A stretch of 64,000 nt of DNA from positions 2,130,616 to 2,194,615 of the forward strand of contig NC_069002.1 of the NCBI RefSeq assembly GCF_001194135.2, in the 5' to 3' direction. The translations under genes were made by a program, and so were the position numbers. The notes beneath the pieces are model-generated. The model searched no databases. It was not told the origin of the DNA and worked only from the letters and a program-made list of their open reading frames with translations. The stretch comes from Octopus bimaculoides (taxonomy: Eukaryota). Positions 38,563 through 52,640 of the stretch are shown in pieces; the first letter of the stretch is position 1; the number at the start of each line of letters is the position of its first letter.

Positions 38563-39584
38563 NNNNNNNNNNNNNNNNNNNNNNNNNNNNNNNNNNNNNN
38601 NNNNNNNNNNNNNNNNNNNNNNNNNNNNNNNNNNNNNNNNNNNNNNNNNNNNNNNNNNNNNNNNNNNNNNNNNNNNNNNNNNNNNNNNNNNNNNNNNNNN
38701 NNNNNNNNNNNNNNNNNNNNNNNNNNNNNNNNNNNNNNNNNNNNNNNNNNNNNNNNNNNNNNNNNNNNNNNNNNNNNNNNNNNNNNNNNNNNNNNNNATA
38801 ATCTGCGCTCCATTCCCTAGCTTTACTCTACATAGATTGACCTTGTATTTCAATAAGACACTTAGTATCTTATTACACGGTATTTTCACAATCTCCGGAT
38901 AATCAGCTGTAGCTAAAGCATAGTAGAACAAAGTAACATGTCAGCTTGTAAAGCAAAGAGCTATAAAGCAGCCCACATGAAACAAACAAACACATAAATG
39001 AATAAATAAATAAATGGACATATGACTAAAAGAATACCATGGAAGCACAATCAAGCAATGATGGCGACATTCACTACAGTGACGATTAAAGGTGACAACG
39101 CCGATGACACAAAAGCTTCTATATTAGTAGCTTAGCGCCTGAATAGCTTGATGAAAATCTAGATTGCTGCTAGTTTTTTTTGTTATATTTTCTAATTTTT
39201 GCCTCTCAACATTTTGTAATTCTGTCTATATTTTTTCCAGATTTTATTTATTTGTTTAGATGTGTATTATTTTCTAACGTTAGAATGTGGAGGGAAGGCT
39301 GAAAAGAAAACAGAAAAAAAAAATGATTGCGTTAGAGAAATCCAATTTAATTTACTCAGTCATCAAAAACCTCGCACACTTTTAATTCTTAATGCACTCT
39401 TCCTGTCTTGAATGTTCTGCCAGTTAATGAATTTCTCGTATGCAATCAAGCAATCATACGTTTTCTCTATGAGGGTTTTCTATCAGTTTGGGTAAATCAA
39501 AAATAAATAAATAAATAAGAAATAAAATTTTAAAAAAATTAGACGAATAGCAAACATAAACAGGAAAAATATTAAAAAGGAACA

Positions 39585-39631
<47 letters not shown>

Positions 39632-40799
39632 GCATTAACGAAACGATTCACAAAATACTAACGAAACTCATCTATCTTGTTGAAGAGTGATGGTGGCTGT
39701 TTTAAACTATTGAACTGGAAAAACTATATAAAAAATAATAAAATGGCGGTCTTCAGATTATACTTTTCAATAAGCGAGTGTAAATTTCAACGAACGTGTA
39801 TGAATATATGTATGTATGAGTTTGTGAAAATGTAAATATCTGTGTGTTTGTATGTGTGAGTCTGTGTGTGTGTGAGTTTATGTGTGTTTGTGTGTGTGTT
39901 TGTGAGCGACTAAATGCAACGATATGTCCGTCGGTGTTTAGTAAATGGTGGTTGCGTATACTGTTCCAACAAATATGGCGAACTTTGCCATTTTACTTCT
40001 TGCATAGGTTTTTATTTTCGTTTCCGTTTTCCGTTTCATATTCTCTTCGATCTTCGTTCTTTTTCCTGACCTTTCTTGGTTTCGTCCTTCATTTGTTGCT
40101 CCATTTCACATTTTCTTTCTTTCTTTCCTTCTTTTTTCCTTTTTCATTTATTCATTCATTCTTTCTTTCCTACTATCTTCACTATTACCGTCGTTACCAT
40201 CATTATCTTCTCTTCTTTGCAATCAAATCTCCTCAATGCTTTTTCTCATTATCTTCAAAAATGTAGCCAACATCATCAACATCCTCATCATCATTATCAT
40301 GATCATATTTTCCTCTCTCTTTCTCTCTCTTTCTCTCTCTCCTTCCCCCTCTCTCTCTTTCTCTCGACATCCCTGTCTTTCTCAAACTCCAGTGCGTCAT
40401 ATTTCGGACGTGTTGCTGCTTCGATCAAAAGAGAACCGACATCGTAACGACATCTAGCAACCACATAGTCAATTACAAAATAACAGGATTTATGTTACCA
40501 AATTATGCTTGCTAGCGAACGACGGTTGACTGTACAATACACTTCTCTATGTATATAAAGGTGCATATACATTTAGTTATATATGTGTGTGTAGAATATA
40601 AACTAATCCTAATTATAATATATTACCGTAACTTTTATATTCGTCTTCATAACAAATGTCTCTAAACTGTCATTTTGAAAGATTACTAATCGTTATGACA
40701 CGGCGACCGAAGAATGAAATATGATATTGTCAGGTTATTATAACTCCAATAATATCGAATATTGTGTATTTCACGTTTCTTTTGTGTCAGCATTTAGCA

Positions 40800-41165
40800 A
40801 AATCAGCAAAGCGGCGGTAGCGGTCGGTGGTGGCCAAAACGCCTTTTGGAATTTACATATGTTCCTTTTATGTCCGCTATCAATTCTCAGTCAGGTCAAA
40901 TTTTGGCTTTTTATCTGCACTGGGGGGTCGATAACACCAATACCATTTAAGTTACTGGATCTCATGAGACTGAAAAGAGTTTGGCATTGTGTCAATATAA
41001 GAAATTATCATGACCATTATAATTCGGCACAAGGCAGCAAGATGGCACAGTCATTAGCGTATCGACCGAAATGCTTAGCAGTATTTCTTTAGGTACTTCT
41101 CGTTATGAGTTCAAGTATTGCCGCGGTCGATTTGACATTCATCGCTTAGGGACGGACGGAACCAG
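40800..41165 (+). mobile_element. Two adjacent diverged SINE family A copies (about 40800-40970 and 41031-41165)
   Basis: ggggggtcgataacaccaataccatt...tactggga in the first. aaggcagcaagatggcacagtcattagcg...cgaaatgcttagcagtatttc...ttatgagttcaag...cggtcgatttgacattcatc in the second. Confidence 0.55.
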
Positions 41166-42429
41166 TAACAGTTGAACACATGTTTTTTGCTGTCTTCCTA
41201 AACTCTAAACCTGTATATTTAGAAGGCGATCATTAACAGGTCAGAAAATGTCTTGTATTATTTAATCGAGCACTTTATAATTCCTGAGTGCTCATGTTTT
41301 TGATGTTTATAAACTACAGTAACATCCAAGTGCTGGTGCCAATGCATTCTGCTAACCCACTTCCCTCAAAACGTCTTTCTTTCTATCTAACTTCAAACAC
41401 GTTACTAAGATATTTCAGTGTGGATTAGTTAGTTGTGGATTAAGAGAGAAATTATCTGTTGTGACTGCGAGATTTGGGATCATGTTATATATTCCCCTTC
41501 AGGAGTTCAAATTTCTTTCTGGTTGATATTGGCACATATTCATTGGATAGAAAAACAAAACACGGAAACAGGTGTATAAACAACAAGCAGGTGTATTAGT
41601 TTGACGCTCGAGAAGCTGAGAAAGTCTTTTACATTTCGAACCTACGCTCTTCGACCGAAAGGAAAACAAGGAGAGACAAGGAAAAACAAAAAAAAAAAAA
41701 CGTATACGCATGTGTGTGTTTTTGTCTGCGAAAATTTGCCAACCAGTTTTGGTTTGCTTACGTGCCAGTATCTCAATGTTTCGGCATAAGAGTACGATCG
41801 AATAAATACTGTTCTCTAAAAATTACTTCTGGGATCGAATTATTTGACTAAACCCTTCAAATCATGTCCAACGAATGAAACAAGAGATAAAAGACCATCA
41901 TCGTCGCTGCTATTATGGAACGACCGAAGATAGAAATCGCTGGCTGCCTAGCAAATCCTATCTCCTCGTAATTCACGCCTGCTAATTAAAAAGAAAAACA
42001 AATATTCTGCTTTATTCATTAGCGATAGCAGAAAATGGCTGTTTCGCCAATTTTAGAGCTAATACACGTAAATAAATTCTGACGCCAGACGTGCCAGTGA
42101 GGAAGATATTTATTTGCTAGAAAGCACAGACCGAATTGCTTGAACTTTCATTCTAACTTCTTAAGAGTAGATGCACATGTTTGATAAAGTATTCTTTATA
42201 TATTCTAGCACAGCATGCAGGATGCGATGAGCAGGGTGGTATGGATTTCTAATTATAGGGTGGCCCCGACGGCATTGATACAATACAATACTACCGAAGT
42301 TCCGGGGTCAATGTTGTCGACTAGTCCCTTCTCATTGGTGGCTTTCTGCCTAAATCAGAAACCATTTTAATTCATAGAAGTTAGATCCATTGCGTACAAC
42401 AGACAAAAGGTATTGCCCATTTTATTCCG

Positions 42430-42590
42430 GTTATATACTTTCTGAGTTAAATCCTCAGTGAAATCAGCTTTTCCTGGGATCGATAGATTAAATTATTAAT
42501 TCACTACTGGAATCGATGAAATCGACTAAAGACTCCCTCAAAGTCTGTATTCTTGTGCTTGAATTGGTAAAATAATTATTATTTATAATG
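42430..42590 (+). mobile_element. Diverged SINE family A 3' part
   Basis: actttctgagttaaatcc...ctgggatcgatagattaaa...ctactggaatcgatgaaatcgacta...tcttgtgcttgaattggtaaaataattattatt. It ends in the att tail. Confidence 0.55.
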
Positions 42591-43539
42591 TATGGCAGAA
42601 TTTATAGAGAGTCTTATGGAATGTAGTTACGGAATTTTACGTTCTTACCAATTCTTCCAAAACCATAGCTTATATTTTGAGAGGGATTTGTTTGCTATTC
42701 CCAGCAGGTCTAAAGTTCTCATAGAGGAATCATTGTTGGTTCTTGTCGGTCCATGCTGAATCAATATATAATGCATCACAGGCCTCTAGGCACGTAAAGT
42801 ATCCTTTCTACCTATTCAAGACTTCGTTACATCCCTTGATAAATGAAACTGCGATGAAAGACATCTGCTGTCTATCATATTTCGTTCATATTCTTCTAAT
42901 TATCTTTTTAGTGGCAGAGCAGTTGTTTTTAGGTTTAGCTATTCTGTTTTAGTTAATGGGTTTACTTGAAAATCAACAATTTTCTTTTCGGCTAAATTGT
43001 GTAATTAAATATTTTCTATCGATTGCAGTAACTTGAGTGATTCATCATTGTTTAGCCAACAGAGCGTAGAGAATGTTTTCCCATAATGTTTGTTTCAACG
43101 ATAATGTTTGTGTTTCCTTTGTTTATACGAAATATTATTATTTAGTCATTTAATCTAATGCAAAATAACCCAGGGATTTCTTTGCTTCTTCTCATCTTTC
43201 ACTTACGCGTAAATCTAAATTTACTAAAGAAGACGATGTATATGCGTCCGTTCATTGAGATCTGTGCAAATGTATGAATATGCGAATCGAGGTCCAGCAG
43301 GGTCGGGGATGACAGACAGTACAGCTTCGAAGTGATTGCACGATCCTCCTAGGAAGAGCAACGAGAATTGCTTCAAACTGAAAAGAATGCATTGAACATC
43401 GTCGTTCGATAATGTTATATGAATGGAAACGAGAATGCATCTTACGTACACACACACACACACACAAACCTATGTATACGCATATGTTAATTTACGTATA
43501 TGCTCTGCAATTTCTTGCTTAAGAACTTGTACAAATGAT

Positions 43540-43621
43540 TTGTAAATAGTGATGAAATGTTTGCGCTGTCCATTCAGTTCCGGGCCGGGAATTGAAGCCA
43601 CAAGTTTCACAATTGTGTGAG
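43540..43621 (-). mobile_element. tRNA-like SINE head (family D), cut by an assembly gap
   Basis: The reverse complement gives ctcacacaattgtgaaacttgtggcttcaattcccggcccgg, with a B-box-like gcttcaattcc. It continues cagcgcaaacatttcatc, resembling 48096-48116. Confidence 0.45.
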
Positions 43622-43692
43622 NNNNNNNNNNNNNNNNNNNNNNNNNNNNNNNNNNNNNNNNNNNNNNNNNNNNNNNNNNNNNNNNNNNNNNN

Positions 43693-43739
<47 letters not shown>

Positions 43740-44504
43740 AATGCTGGTCACGCTAAAGCATCATTTATCTGTTTAATACAGATTAGAATACTAAGCCTAA
43801 ACAAAGAAACAATGACAAGCACAAAATCATGTCATGTTGTTCGGAAAGAAAATTAAACCACTCGGCAAACAGAAAATAGCTCATAAATCAATCATAGAAT
43901 ATTACGCGTTAATTAGAAAATATCATCGAACCTTACATGGATAAAAATCAAGGAAAAAAAAACAAACCAAAATCACAGAGGCAATCAAACAACGTGTAGA
44001 TGACAAATACTAAATAGCAAAGATATTATCGTTAATAAAAGCTGCATCTGTCGCTAATAACTAATTTATACACAACCAGCAGGGTCTTTGCAACATCCCC
44101 GACTGTTTAGCCACTGCTATACTCTATTCATTGAACAGATTTTCCATGTTCGATTAGGTGAATTTTTGTCTACTACTGATGATCCGAAACATGGTGAAAT
44201 CACAAGATGCAAAAATGCTATTCACTGGTGCTGATGATGATACCGTCAGTTGATATCATCAATAGCTTTTAGCATTTATTGTCTACACGAGAAGGCTTCT
44301 CTAGATGTTTACTGCGTGTAAGGGGTATTCTTGGCCTTATTATCCGAATGAAAATTATTGTAATTGTAGCTTATATACGCACTTTACTGTAGCTTGCAAA
44401 GTATCATGGCAATGAATTTTATTATAACTTATAAAATCGTCAACGCCGGATTGAATAATTATATACAACAGTTTAGGTCGAGTAGATTTCGTGGTTTATT
44501 TTAC

Positions 44505-44900
44505 GCCTGCTCTCTGTGAGTATTGATTTTTGGTTTCTAATTTGGTATTGGTAAAACTTGCATTGTTATTCCTTTCGTTTTTGCGGAATTCTATATAAAA
44601 TCGTGCTGCTGTCATCTAATGTATTCCTGTCTAGTTTTATTTCCCGTACTGTATTATAATGAGTTACAGCTGCTCCTTGTTGTAAATGCATGATCGAATC
44701 AGGAAGCTTACAACTTTCATGTTTACACTGAAATTTGTATATTACATTAGTTGTCTGCAACACTTTACATGGTTTGCTAGTTTTGAGCTATTTCATTCCG
44801 GTATTTTGATAAGATGTCCTACCAATGAGTCTGTGGTTATATGTGATAAATGTTGCGTTTCATTTTATGAGTTTTTAATGGCATATTTATCCATTCTCTA
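44505..44900 (-). mobile_element. Decayed Penelope-like element, GIY-YIG endonuclease end
   Basis: The minus strand gives LQTTNVIYKFQCKHESC...IMHLQQGAAVTHY...LDRNTLDDSSTIL (ORF 44566-44763), then KPKINTHRE after a frameshift (44512-44536). This matches the NVVYKF.C..C / T.HLQ.GA..H / P.IN.Q pattern of Penelope endonucleases. The YIG segment is missing. Confidence 0.7.
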
Positions 44901-46132
44901 ACAAGGGTGCATTTGTTTCTTCTAATATAGGATATGTGTGGTGTACGTAGTTCTAATAGATGCAGCCTATGATGAATATATGTGAGTGAATTTGTTCTTG
45001 TATTGTTCTATGGCATGGCTATCTAACGTTTATTAATCAATGTGTATTTTATATGTAATACTTTCCCATAAAGAACATTTTTTAGTGGTCCAAGTTTTAA
45101 AAGGACATTTACGAAGGGATTTACTACAGTTTTATTAACTCTCTCCCAGCATGTATAGGCATTGCATTGAAGTGATTTGTTATTTGTTATTTATATATTA
45201 TATCAGGGAATTCGGTTGTACCATGATCTAGAGACATGTTTTATAGTTTTGTCAATGAAAACCAGATGCTATTTTGACATTTGGAAAACATTTTATCATA
45301 GTTGCTCGATCAGGGCTAACTTTGATGTAAACAACAGCACTAGCAACAACAATAATGTTTTCAAAGATAGCCGAAACACAGAAATTACTGTATTGCCTCC
45401 TACTAAAACAAAAAACAAAAAATGAATGAAATAATGAAATATAAATGCGTAAAGTCATCAGTAAATGGAATCCGATTTTGTCTGATCCCAGGTGATCATC
45501 ACTGGAAACCGGAGGCCTACAGGTAAGCGAGAGTTGGACATCATCAGTGGTTTCGCGATTTATTAAAAATATCAGCTAAGCCTCTGTAAAACAGCTCTAG
45601 AAAAAAGTAGAAAGGGTAAAGGATGTCGTTCGAAAGAAAAATGACCAAATTCCGAAAATATTTTTGTATGGTCAACATTTAGAGGGCTACTGGTTAACAA
45701 TTAAGTATAAGAATAAGTTGAAGCAATCAGTAAAGTCTCACCAAATTCTTTAGAAATCTTGGGAAAGCAATTGCTTTGCTTAAAATGTGTAGTGATGCCA
45801 CAAAACAGTTAGACAGAACAATAAAAGAACTATATCCAGCAATCAACAGACAATTTTGCTCAATCCCAGTCAAACTCAAAATCTTCAAAGTCTCCATTGT
45901 GACTTCATGACAAAATTTATTCCTGCACTCAAATTACATTCATACATTCATCACAAATAAATGCAGATTCTTTTAGTTTTAAAGTTGTTGCTTTCCTTCT
46001 TTCTTTATTCCTCTCTTTCCTTCTTTCTCTCTTTCCTTCTTTCTCCCTTTCCTTCTTTCTCTCTTTCCTTCTTTTCTTTTTTTTCTTTCTTTCTTTCTTT
46101 CTGTCTTTCTTTGTTTTTTCATTCTTTCCACC

Positions 46133-46190
<58 letters not shown>

Positions 46191-46962
46191 TCTCCCTCTC
46201 TCTCTCTTTCTCCCTCTCTCTCCCGCTAAATCATCTCCGTCAGATATTCATATACTGAAGTCGACGGGTGGGCACCATCATATTAAATCATATGTTATAC
46301 CATATTATATTACAATATGGCTGCGTGTGTTTGTGTGTGTGTCCGTGTGTGCGTATGTTTGTATGTGTTTATACATACACGAGCAGAGTAGGACACTGTA
46401 TCATCAGACGATTTATCACAGTATGTGGGAGGGATTTTAGAATATATTTGAGATAAATTAACGGTGTTTCTGATCATTGATCTACAGAAGTGGCAGTGAT
46501 TTGAACGAAATTTCGCCTTTATTACTAGCAGAACGAGCGAATAAAGAGACACTCTTTTAAAATTATATTTAAACTACTTCAAAGACAGGTGGCATAAAAC
46601 TTATAAGAGGAGAAAATGTCTAGGTTTGGGGAAATCTGAATGAAGACTATGAAATATATCTTGATCATATTTTTTTTTTGTTAGTTTTTACTTGAGCGCC
46701 ATTTAAGTTTATGGTGAGAGTGATTATGATAAGGAAAGCCGATAGTATATAAAGTATATAATTCTCTATCATACTGTATCTCGGTATAAATATATATTGA
46801 TTTTCTTTTCTTTTACAATATTTCTTTGTGTGCTCTAGAAAATATACATATTTGGCTTTACGTACATGCTTACATACATAGATACGTACATGCATACAAA
46901 CATATATAGAGAGATATGTACATTACGTAGTCACGTAAACTTATACACACACACACATATAT

Positions 46963-47023
<61 letters not shown>

Positions 47024-47281
47024 TACATATCAGAGCATACTTCTATACCTATATACTTATACACACAGAAAAATGAGCGAATGTAGGTTGTAGAGGTGTG
47101 AGGAAGTGTGGAAGTGTGCACATGCGCGTGTGTGCGTGCGTGTGTGCGTGAATGTGTGTATAAATGTATGTGTATCTACCTATCTCTCCACCTGCCTACA
47201 CGTAGAAACCCATACATTGATATATGATATAGCTTTATACATAAGTATATGAATATGTTATATGTGTGTGTGTGTGTGTGC

Positions 47282-47328
<47 letters not shown>

Positions 47329-47422
47329 GAAATGGATAAATAACGAGAAGTAAACAGAGAGAGAACAAGAGAGGAAGAGCGAGAAATAACAGACAGAAAG
47401 GAGAGACGGGATGAAGGAAGAA

Positions 47423-47485
47423 GAATTGATTAGTGATCAAGATATCGTTAATGAATTGATTAGTGATCAAGATATCGTTAATGAA
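47423..47485. repeat. Perfect 30-bp tandem duplication
   Basis: gaattgattagtgatcaagatatcgttaat occurs twice, followed by gaa. Confidence 0.95.
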
Positions 47486-47589
47486 AGGACTGTGCTGTTT
47501 TTTAATTGCTTAAATTTGGAAGAACTTCACCAAGATCTTTCAACTCGTTTTCTTTCAGACTCAGGTAATTATTGAAATTACCAAGTATC

Positions 47590-47704
<115 letters not shown>

Positions 47705-47810
47705 CTACCTATCCATGTATGTATGTATGTATGTATGTATGTATGTATGTATGTATATATGTACGTAGATATTTATCTATCTATTTGCCTGTCTGTTTAT
47801 CGGTCTGTTC

Positions 47811-47857
<47 letters not shown>

Positions 47858-48086
47858 CATCTATCTATTGTGTCTATGTATTAATCTCTCAACCTCTTGA
47901 TCTATCTATGATGATCGTATCCTCTCAAACTCCGAGAAAGGCGGTTCTACAATTTCTTTCTGAACAGCATATACACCTGATTCATGTACAGGAATCAAAT
48001 ATCTGTACTGTATGTTCACACACTTCCTGCATCCAAACGACAGCGTTTGAGAAGGTTCGCGTTGTAGCGCACATACCAGCTGTATG

Positions 48087-48339
48087 TTGTGCTCTTCAGC
48101 AAAACACTATTTCATCTTGCTTGAGTTCACTCAGCTGTAGAAGTTAGTTTCTACGTCACTGGTGCCAAGCTGTATCGGCCCCTTTGCATTTCACTTGGAT
48201 ACATCGGTGGCGTGGACAGAAGATATTGCTGTGCATATGGGACTTCTGGTCTTCCATAAACAACCTTGCTCAGACTTGCGCCTCTTAGAGACACTTTCTA
48301 GGTGCAATCCAATGGTCATTCATGATCGCAGGGGGTCTC
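48087..48339 (+). mobile_element. SINE-like interspersed repeat (family D body)
   Basis: ttgtgctcttcagcaaaacactatttcatcttgcttgagttcactcagctgt is followed by gccaagctgtatcggcccctttgc...ggtcttccataaacaaccttgc...ttctaggtgcaatcc..tggtcattcatga. The second part is recognised from memory as a common octopus repeat, not verified by search. Confidence 0.5.
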
Positions 48340-49852
48340 ATATACACACACACATATATACATACAGAAACGCACACAACCACACACATATATTCATATA
48401 TATATGTCTGAGTATGCTGTGTGTGTATGTATGAGTGTGTGAGTGTGTGTGAGTGAGTGTTTGAAAATAAACTTTTCCCTCTCTCTCTCACTCTTTCACT
48501 CACTCTCTATCTCTCTCCTGCACCTACTCTCTCTCTCTCTCTCTCTCTCTGTTGAAAGTAACGATTACTGCATTATGAGGCAGATATTTACTCAACGTTT
48601 TTATCTTACTAAATGGGGTAAATCACTTATTGGTACATTGGAAACGCATAATGAACGAATCTATTTTACAAGATGTAAGACGAATGAGCGAACATATATG
48701 CAGATATATTACTCTAAGTGGCTATTAATAAAACGTTGAAATCGTGACGATGAGAGAACTATCATCCTGCTCATGAGTTTATTTCAGATTTTCTCCTGTC
48801 AGCAAAATGCAACATTTTATTTAATATTCGACCGTAAAATATTTCCATTCGCCATATCACGTTGCTGCAATACTTCACAGATTTTTGTAGCAAATACTGA
48901 TTGATTTAAAAGAGATCTTTTCATATTTTCAATTATTAACATATTTTAATAAATAGAACTTCTGTAATTAATCACAACCACTTGTTAACATTTTCATTTA
49001 ATTTCATTTCGGTTCTTCGAGTTTTTATTTTGTTTTGCATTTATAAAATCTGGTATTTAAATATTCTAAAGAAAATGAGGCTTGTTAGCTTGTTAGGGTT
49101 TGCTATTTACTTCTTTTTCTAATATTTCCTTTTAAACTTCATTTTGTTAATTTCTTTCCTAAACAATCTTTTGAATTGAGCTTGTAAACATATGATTGGT
49201 TTTGAAAATAGATATAAAGATTTTTAAGGGTAAACCTATCAGCAAATTATTAATGTCTCCAAAATAAAATGCAATATTCATTTCCTATATTTTCATTTCA
49301 GTTTCTTTTAATCCTTCATTTATTTATTTTCATATTTATCTTTATGCATTTATTTATTTATTTATTTATTTATTTTCGATGAACTTTTTCTTATTGACAT
49401 TCAAATTGTAAGAGCTGAAACATAGTTAGTGTAAAATGTAAATTTTATGTTATTTACATATTTTCGAATATAACTGTGAAAATTGTAAAATTTTGTTTAC
49501 CGGAATTGCTGCGTTAATTATTCGCACATAATTATATATATATATATATATGTGTGTGTGCGTGTGTGTGTGTGTGTGTATACATATATGTATATATANN
49601 NNNNNNNNNNNNNNNNNNNNNNNNNNNNNNNNNNNNNNNNNNNNNNNNNNNNNNNNNNNNNNNNNNNNNNNNNNNNNNNNNNNNNNNNNNNNNNNNNNNN
49701 NNNNNNNNNNNNNNNNNNNNNNNNNNNNNNNNNNNNNNNNNNNNNNNNNNNNNNNNNNNNNNNNNNNNNNNNNNNNNNNNNNNNNNNTATATATATATAT
49801 ATATTTGTGTGTGTGTATATAAGTATGTATACATAGGTCTGTGCCTGTGTAC

Positions 49853-49885
<33 letters not shown>

Positions 49886-50445
49886 CGTGTGTGTGTGTAT
49901 GCGTGTGTGTGTGCGTGTGTACATATACATATATATTGTATATAAGTGTGTATGTGTATCTTAGATTGAAAAATTACTTCCTTTACCCGTTGAAATAAAA
50001 AATACCAGGCTCCTACCTTAAAATATCATACGGTTGTGAAATATTCTTAAATTCATTTTAATTCAAAGAAATACTCAAGCCAACCCATTTCAGTAATTCG
50101 CATCATATTCAAATCCGCACGTACTATGCAAGATTTTATAGTATATGTGGCTTTGATAAATTTGTGTATGTGGTCATATCTATGTATGTTCTAAACATGT
50201 ATTCCTTCTTGCTGCGAATGCATGCGCGGTGTTTTAAGTAACAAAGTTTTCGGCAACAGATATATGTACGTATGCATACATATACACACATGCGCACAGT
50301 TGTTCGCGCGCAAACACTCATACAAACACCCGTGCGTATCTGTTGATTCAAAAGAATCGATTAGAAATTATTGCGTTTCAGTCATGGCTTGTCTTCGTGC
50401 GTGTGTACATACTTACATATCTATGTGTGTGTGCGTGTGTGCGTC

Positions 50446-50492
<47 letters not shown>

Positions 50493-50629
50493 ATTGTAAG
50501 CTACATCAGGTTCTGTAAACCGAACACACGTTGACACTAAATACATTAGGACAGCAATGAGTTCATAACATTCTGTATATACTTCCAAATTTCTAGTTTT
50601 TTTCTCACTATCTCTCTTCTCTCTTCTCT

Positions 50630-50686
<57 letters not shown>

Positions 50687-51568
50687 TCTTTCTCTCCCTT
50701 ATACATACACAATCACATCCACACACAAACACTTGCTAATATTAATGTAACCCAACTGGTATTAATATATACCATTCCTCAAACGGAAATTCAAGAAATG
50801 ATTGCATTTCTTTTCATCTAACAAATTATCTATCTATCATACACTTTAGGCTCGTTCGCGTTGGTCTTTTCAATTTTCACGTGAAATTCCCTTCCGTGCT
50901 TAAAGTATACGAATTTAGCCCATATTAAATAATTCTTTATTGTAGGTTTAACCGTCATACCACACAATCTTTAAACGGTTTCGATTGCATCAAATATCAT
51001 AATGTTTTCTCTATCTACTCTTGTCTAATTTCTGCAGGACATGATATCATATCAGTTCACTATTTACCTCTTTACATTCCGTGCAATTTGAATTTCGAAA
51101 CAATATAATTCTCCACAAGTGGAGTACATCGTAACACTTGGAATGGATTAGAGCGAATCTATCAGGAATTTTAATGACATGCTTAAAACATCTTAGTAGC
51201 GTGGTAGGCGGTCTTGCTACACATGTATGTATGTATCTCAATCTCTCTCTCTCTCTCTCCTCTCTCGATATATATATATATATATATATATATANNNNNN
51301 NNNNNNNNNNNNNNNNNNNNNNNNNNNNNNNNNNNNNNNNNNNNNNNNNNNNNNNNNNNNNNNNNNNNNNNNNNNNNNNNNNNNNNNNNNNNNNNNNNNN
51401 NNNNNNNNNNNNNNNNNNNNNNNNNNNNNNNNNNNNNNNNNNNNNNNNNNNNNNNNNNNNNNNNNNNNNNNNNNNNNNNNNNNNNNNNNNNNNNNNNNNN
51501 NNNNNNNNNNNNNNNNNNNNNNNNNNNNNNNNNNNNNNNNNNNNNNNNNNNNNNNNNNNNNNNNNNNN

Positions 51569-51628
<60 letters not shown>

Positions 51629-51894
51629 AAACAGACTTGTATTAAGCAAAAATGGTGGACAAGATGAGAGGAAGAGAATAAAATATCGTAAGATTGGGAG
51701 AAACTTTCAGCCATGAGCATCACAGAAGCTATTCATTCAACTGACGTGTGTAGAGTATTAGTAATTACTCTGCGCCTTACTTCAATATCTTGGTTTCTAT
51801 TGAGGAGATAATAAAACGTAATTTCTGTATTTTATTACACGCTTATTCTAAAGAATACCAATGATCTTTAAAGGATAGCGAATTAGGGCGTGTC

Positions 51895-51960
51895 TATCCA
51901 GCCACTAAATCTGCTAGAAATAGCTGTAAAACTTCCCTCAGATGATACCATACACAGCGA
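51895..51960 (+). mobile_element. Family C head fragment
   Basis: ctgctagaaatagctgtaaaacttccctca resembles the reverse complement of 2650-2675. Weaker relatives lie at about 10655, 41930, 42675 (-) and 57660 (-). Confidence 0.5.
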
Positions 51961-52527
51961 AAAATAAGTAAAATAAAATCGTGAGAGTCATATTTGTTGG
52001 TAGAGAAATGTGTGTGCATGAAATGCGATAACCAAGCGATGAGCAGCGTATGAAAAGAACAACAGCAACGTATGGGGTTGACATAGGCGAGGTACCAGGC
52101 AGGACTTATTAATTAATTATATACTAAATATACATGTCAAGATGTATTCGGAAAACTAATGAACCTATGCAGTGGTATATTGAATGTAACATATAATATC
52201 ATAGCAACTGAAGTGTGAAAGACTAATGTTAGACACTTAAATAGACAGAGATTGTTATCTTCATTTCATCAAGTGTTACTTAGAGAAAACATTTTCGTCG
52301 CTCTCTCAGCAGCCTGGTTATTCCCACAGTTCTACAGTAAGTAGTCTGCAACTCAGTTGTTATTCAGGATGTATATGACGTAGCGTTTTATTTATTTATT
52401 TTCTTTTTCCCTGGCGTGTAATGCTCCAGCCATTCATATTCTCAATAATGTAATGTAGAATGTCTAACGTGTAATCTGAGGATCTATATCCTTTTATTCT
52501 TTTATATGTTTCAATCATTCCACAGAG

Positions 52528-52640
52528 GCCATGCTGGAGCACCACCTTTAATCGAACAATTCGACCTCAGGACTTATTCTTTGTAAAACTAGTACTTATT
52601 CTATCCGTTCTCTTTTGCCGAACTCCTAAGTTACGGGGAA
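52528..52640 (-). mobile_element. SINE family B 3' part
   Basis: gccatgctggagcaccacctttaatcgaacaattcgacctcaggacttattctttgtaaaactagtacttattctatccgttctcttttgccgaactcctaagttacgggg is colinear with 37737-37850. Confidence 0.8.

Noticed and set aside
40393-40443. Possible exon ASYFGRVAASIKREPT after a long pyrimidine tract
   Set aside because: The donor (atc|gtaacg) is poor and the pyrimidine tract is a CT microsatellite.
44176-44190. ctgatgatccgaaac hammerhead core near the Penelope remnant
   Set aside because: Only 2 nt separate CTGATGA and CGAAAC, so there is no stem II. It is also on the opposite strand to the element.
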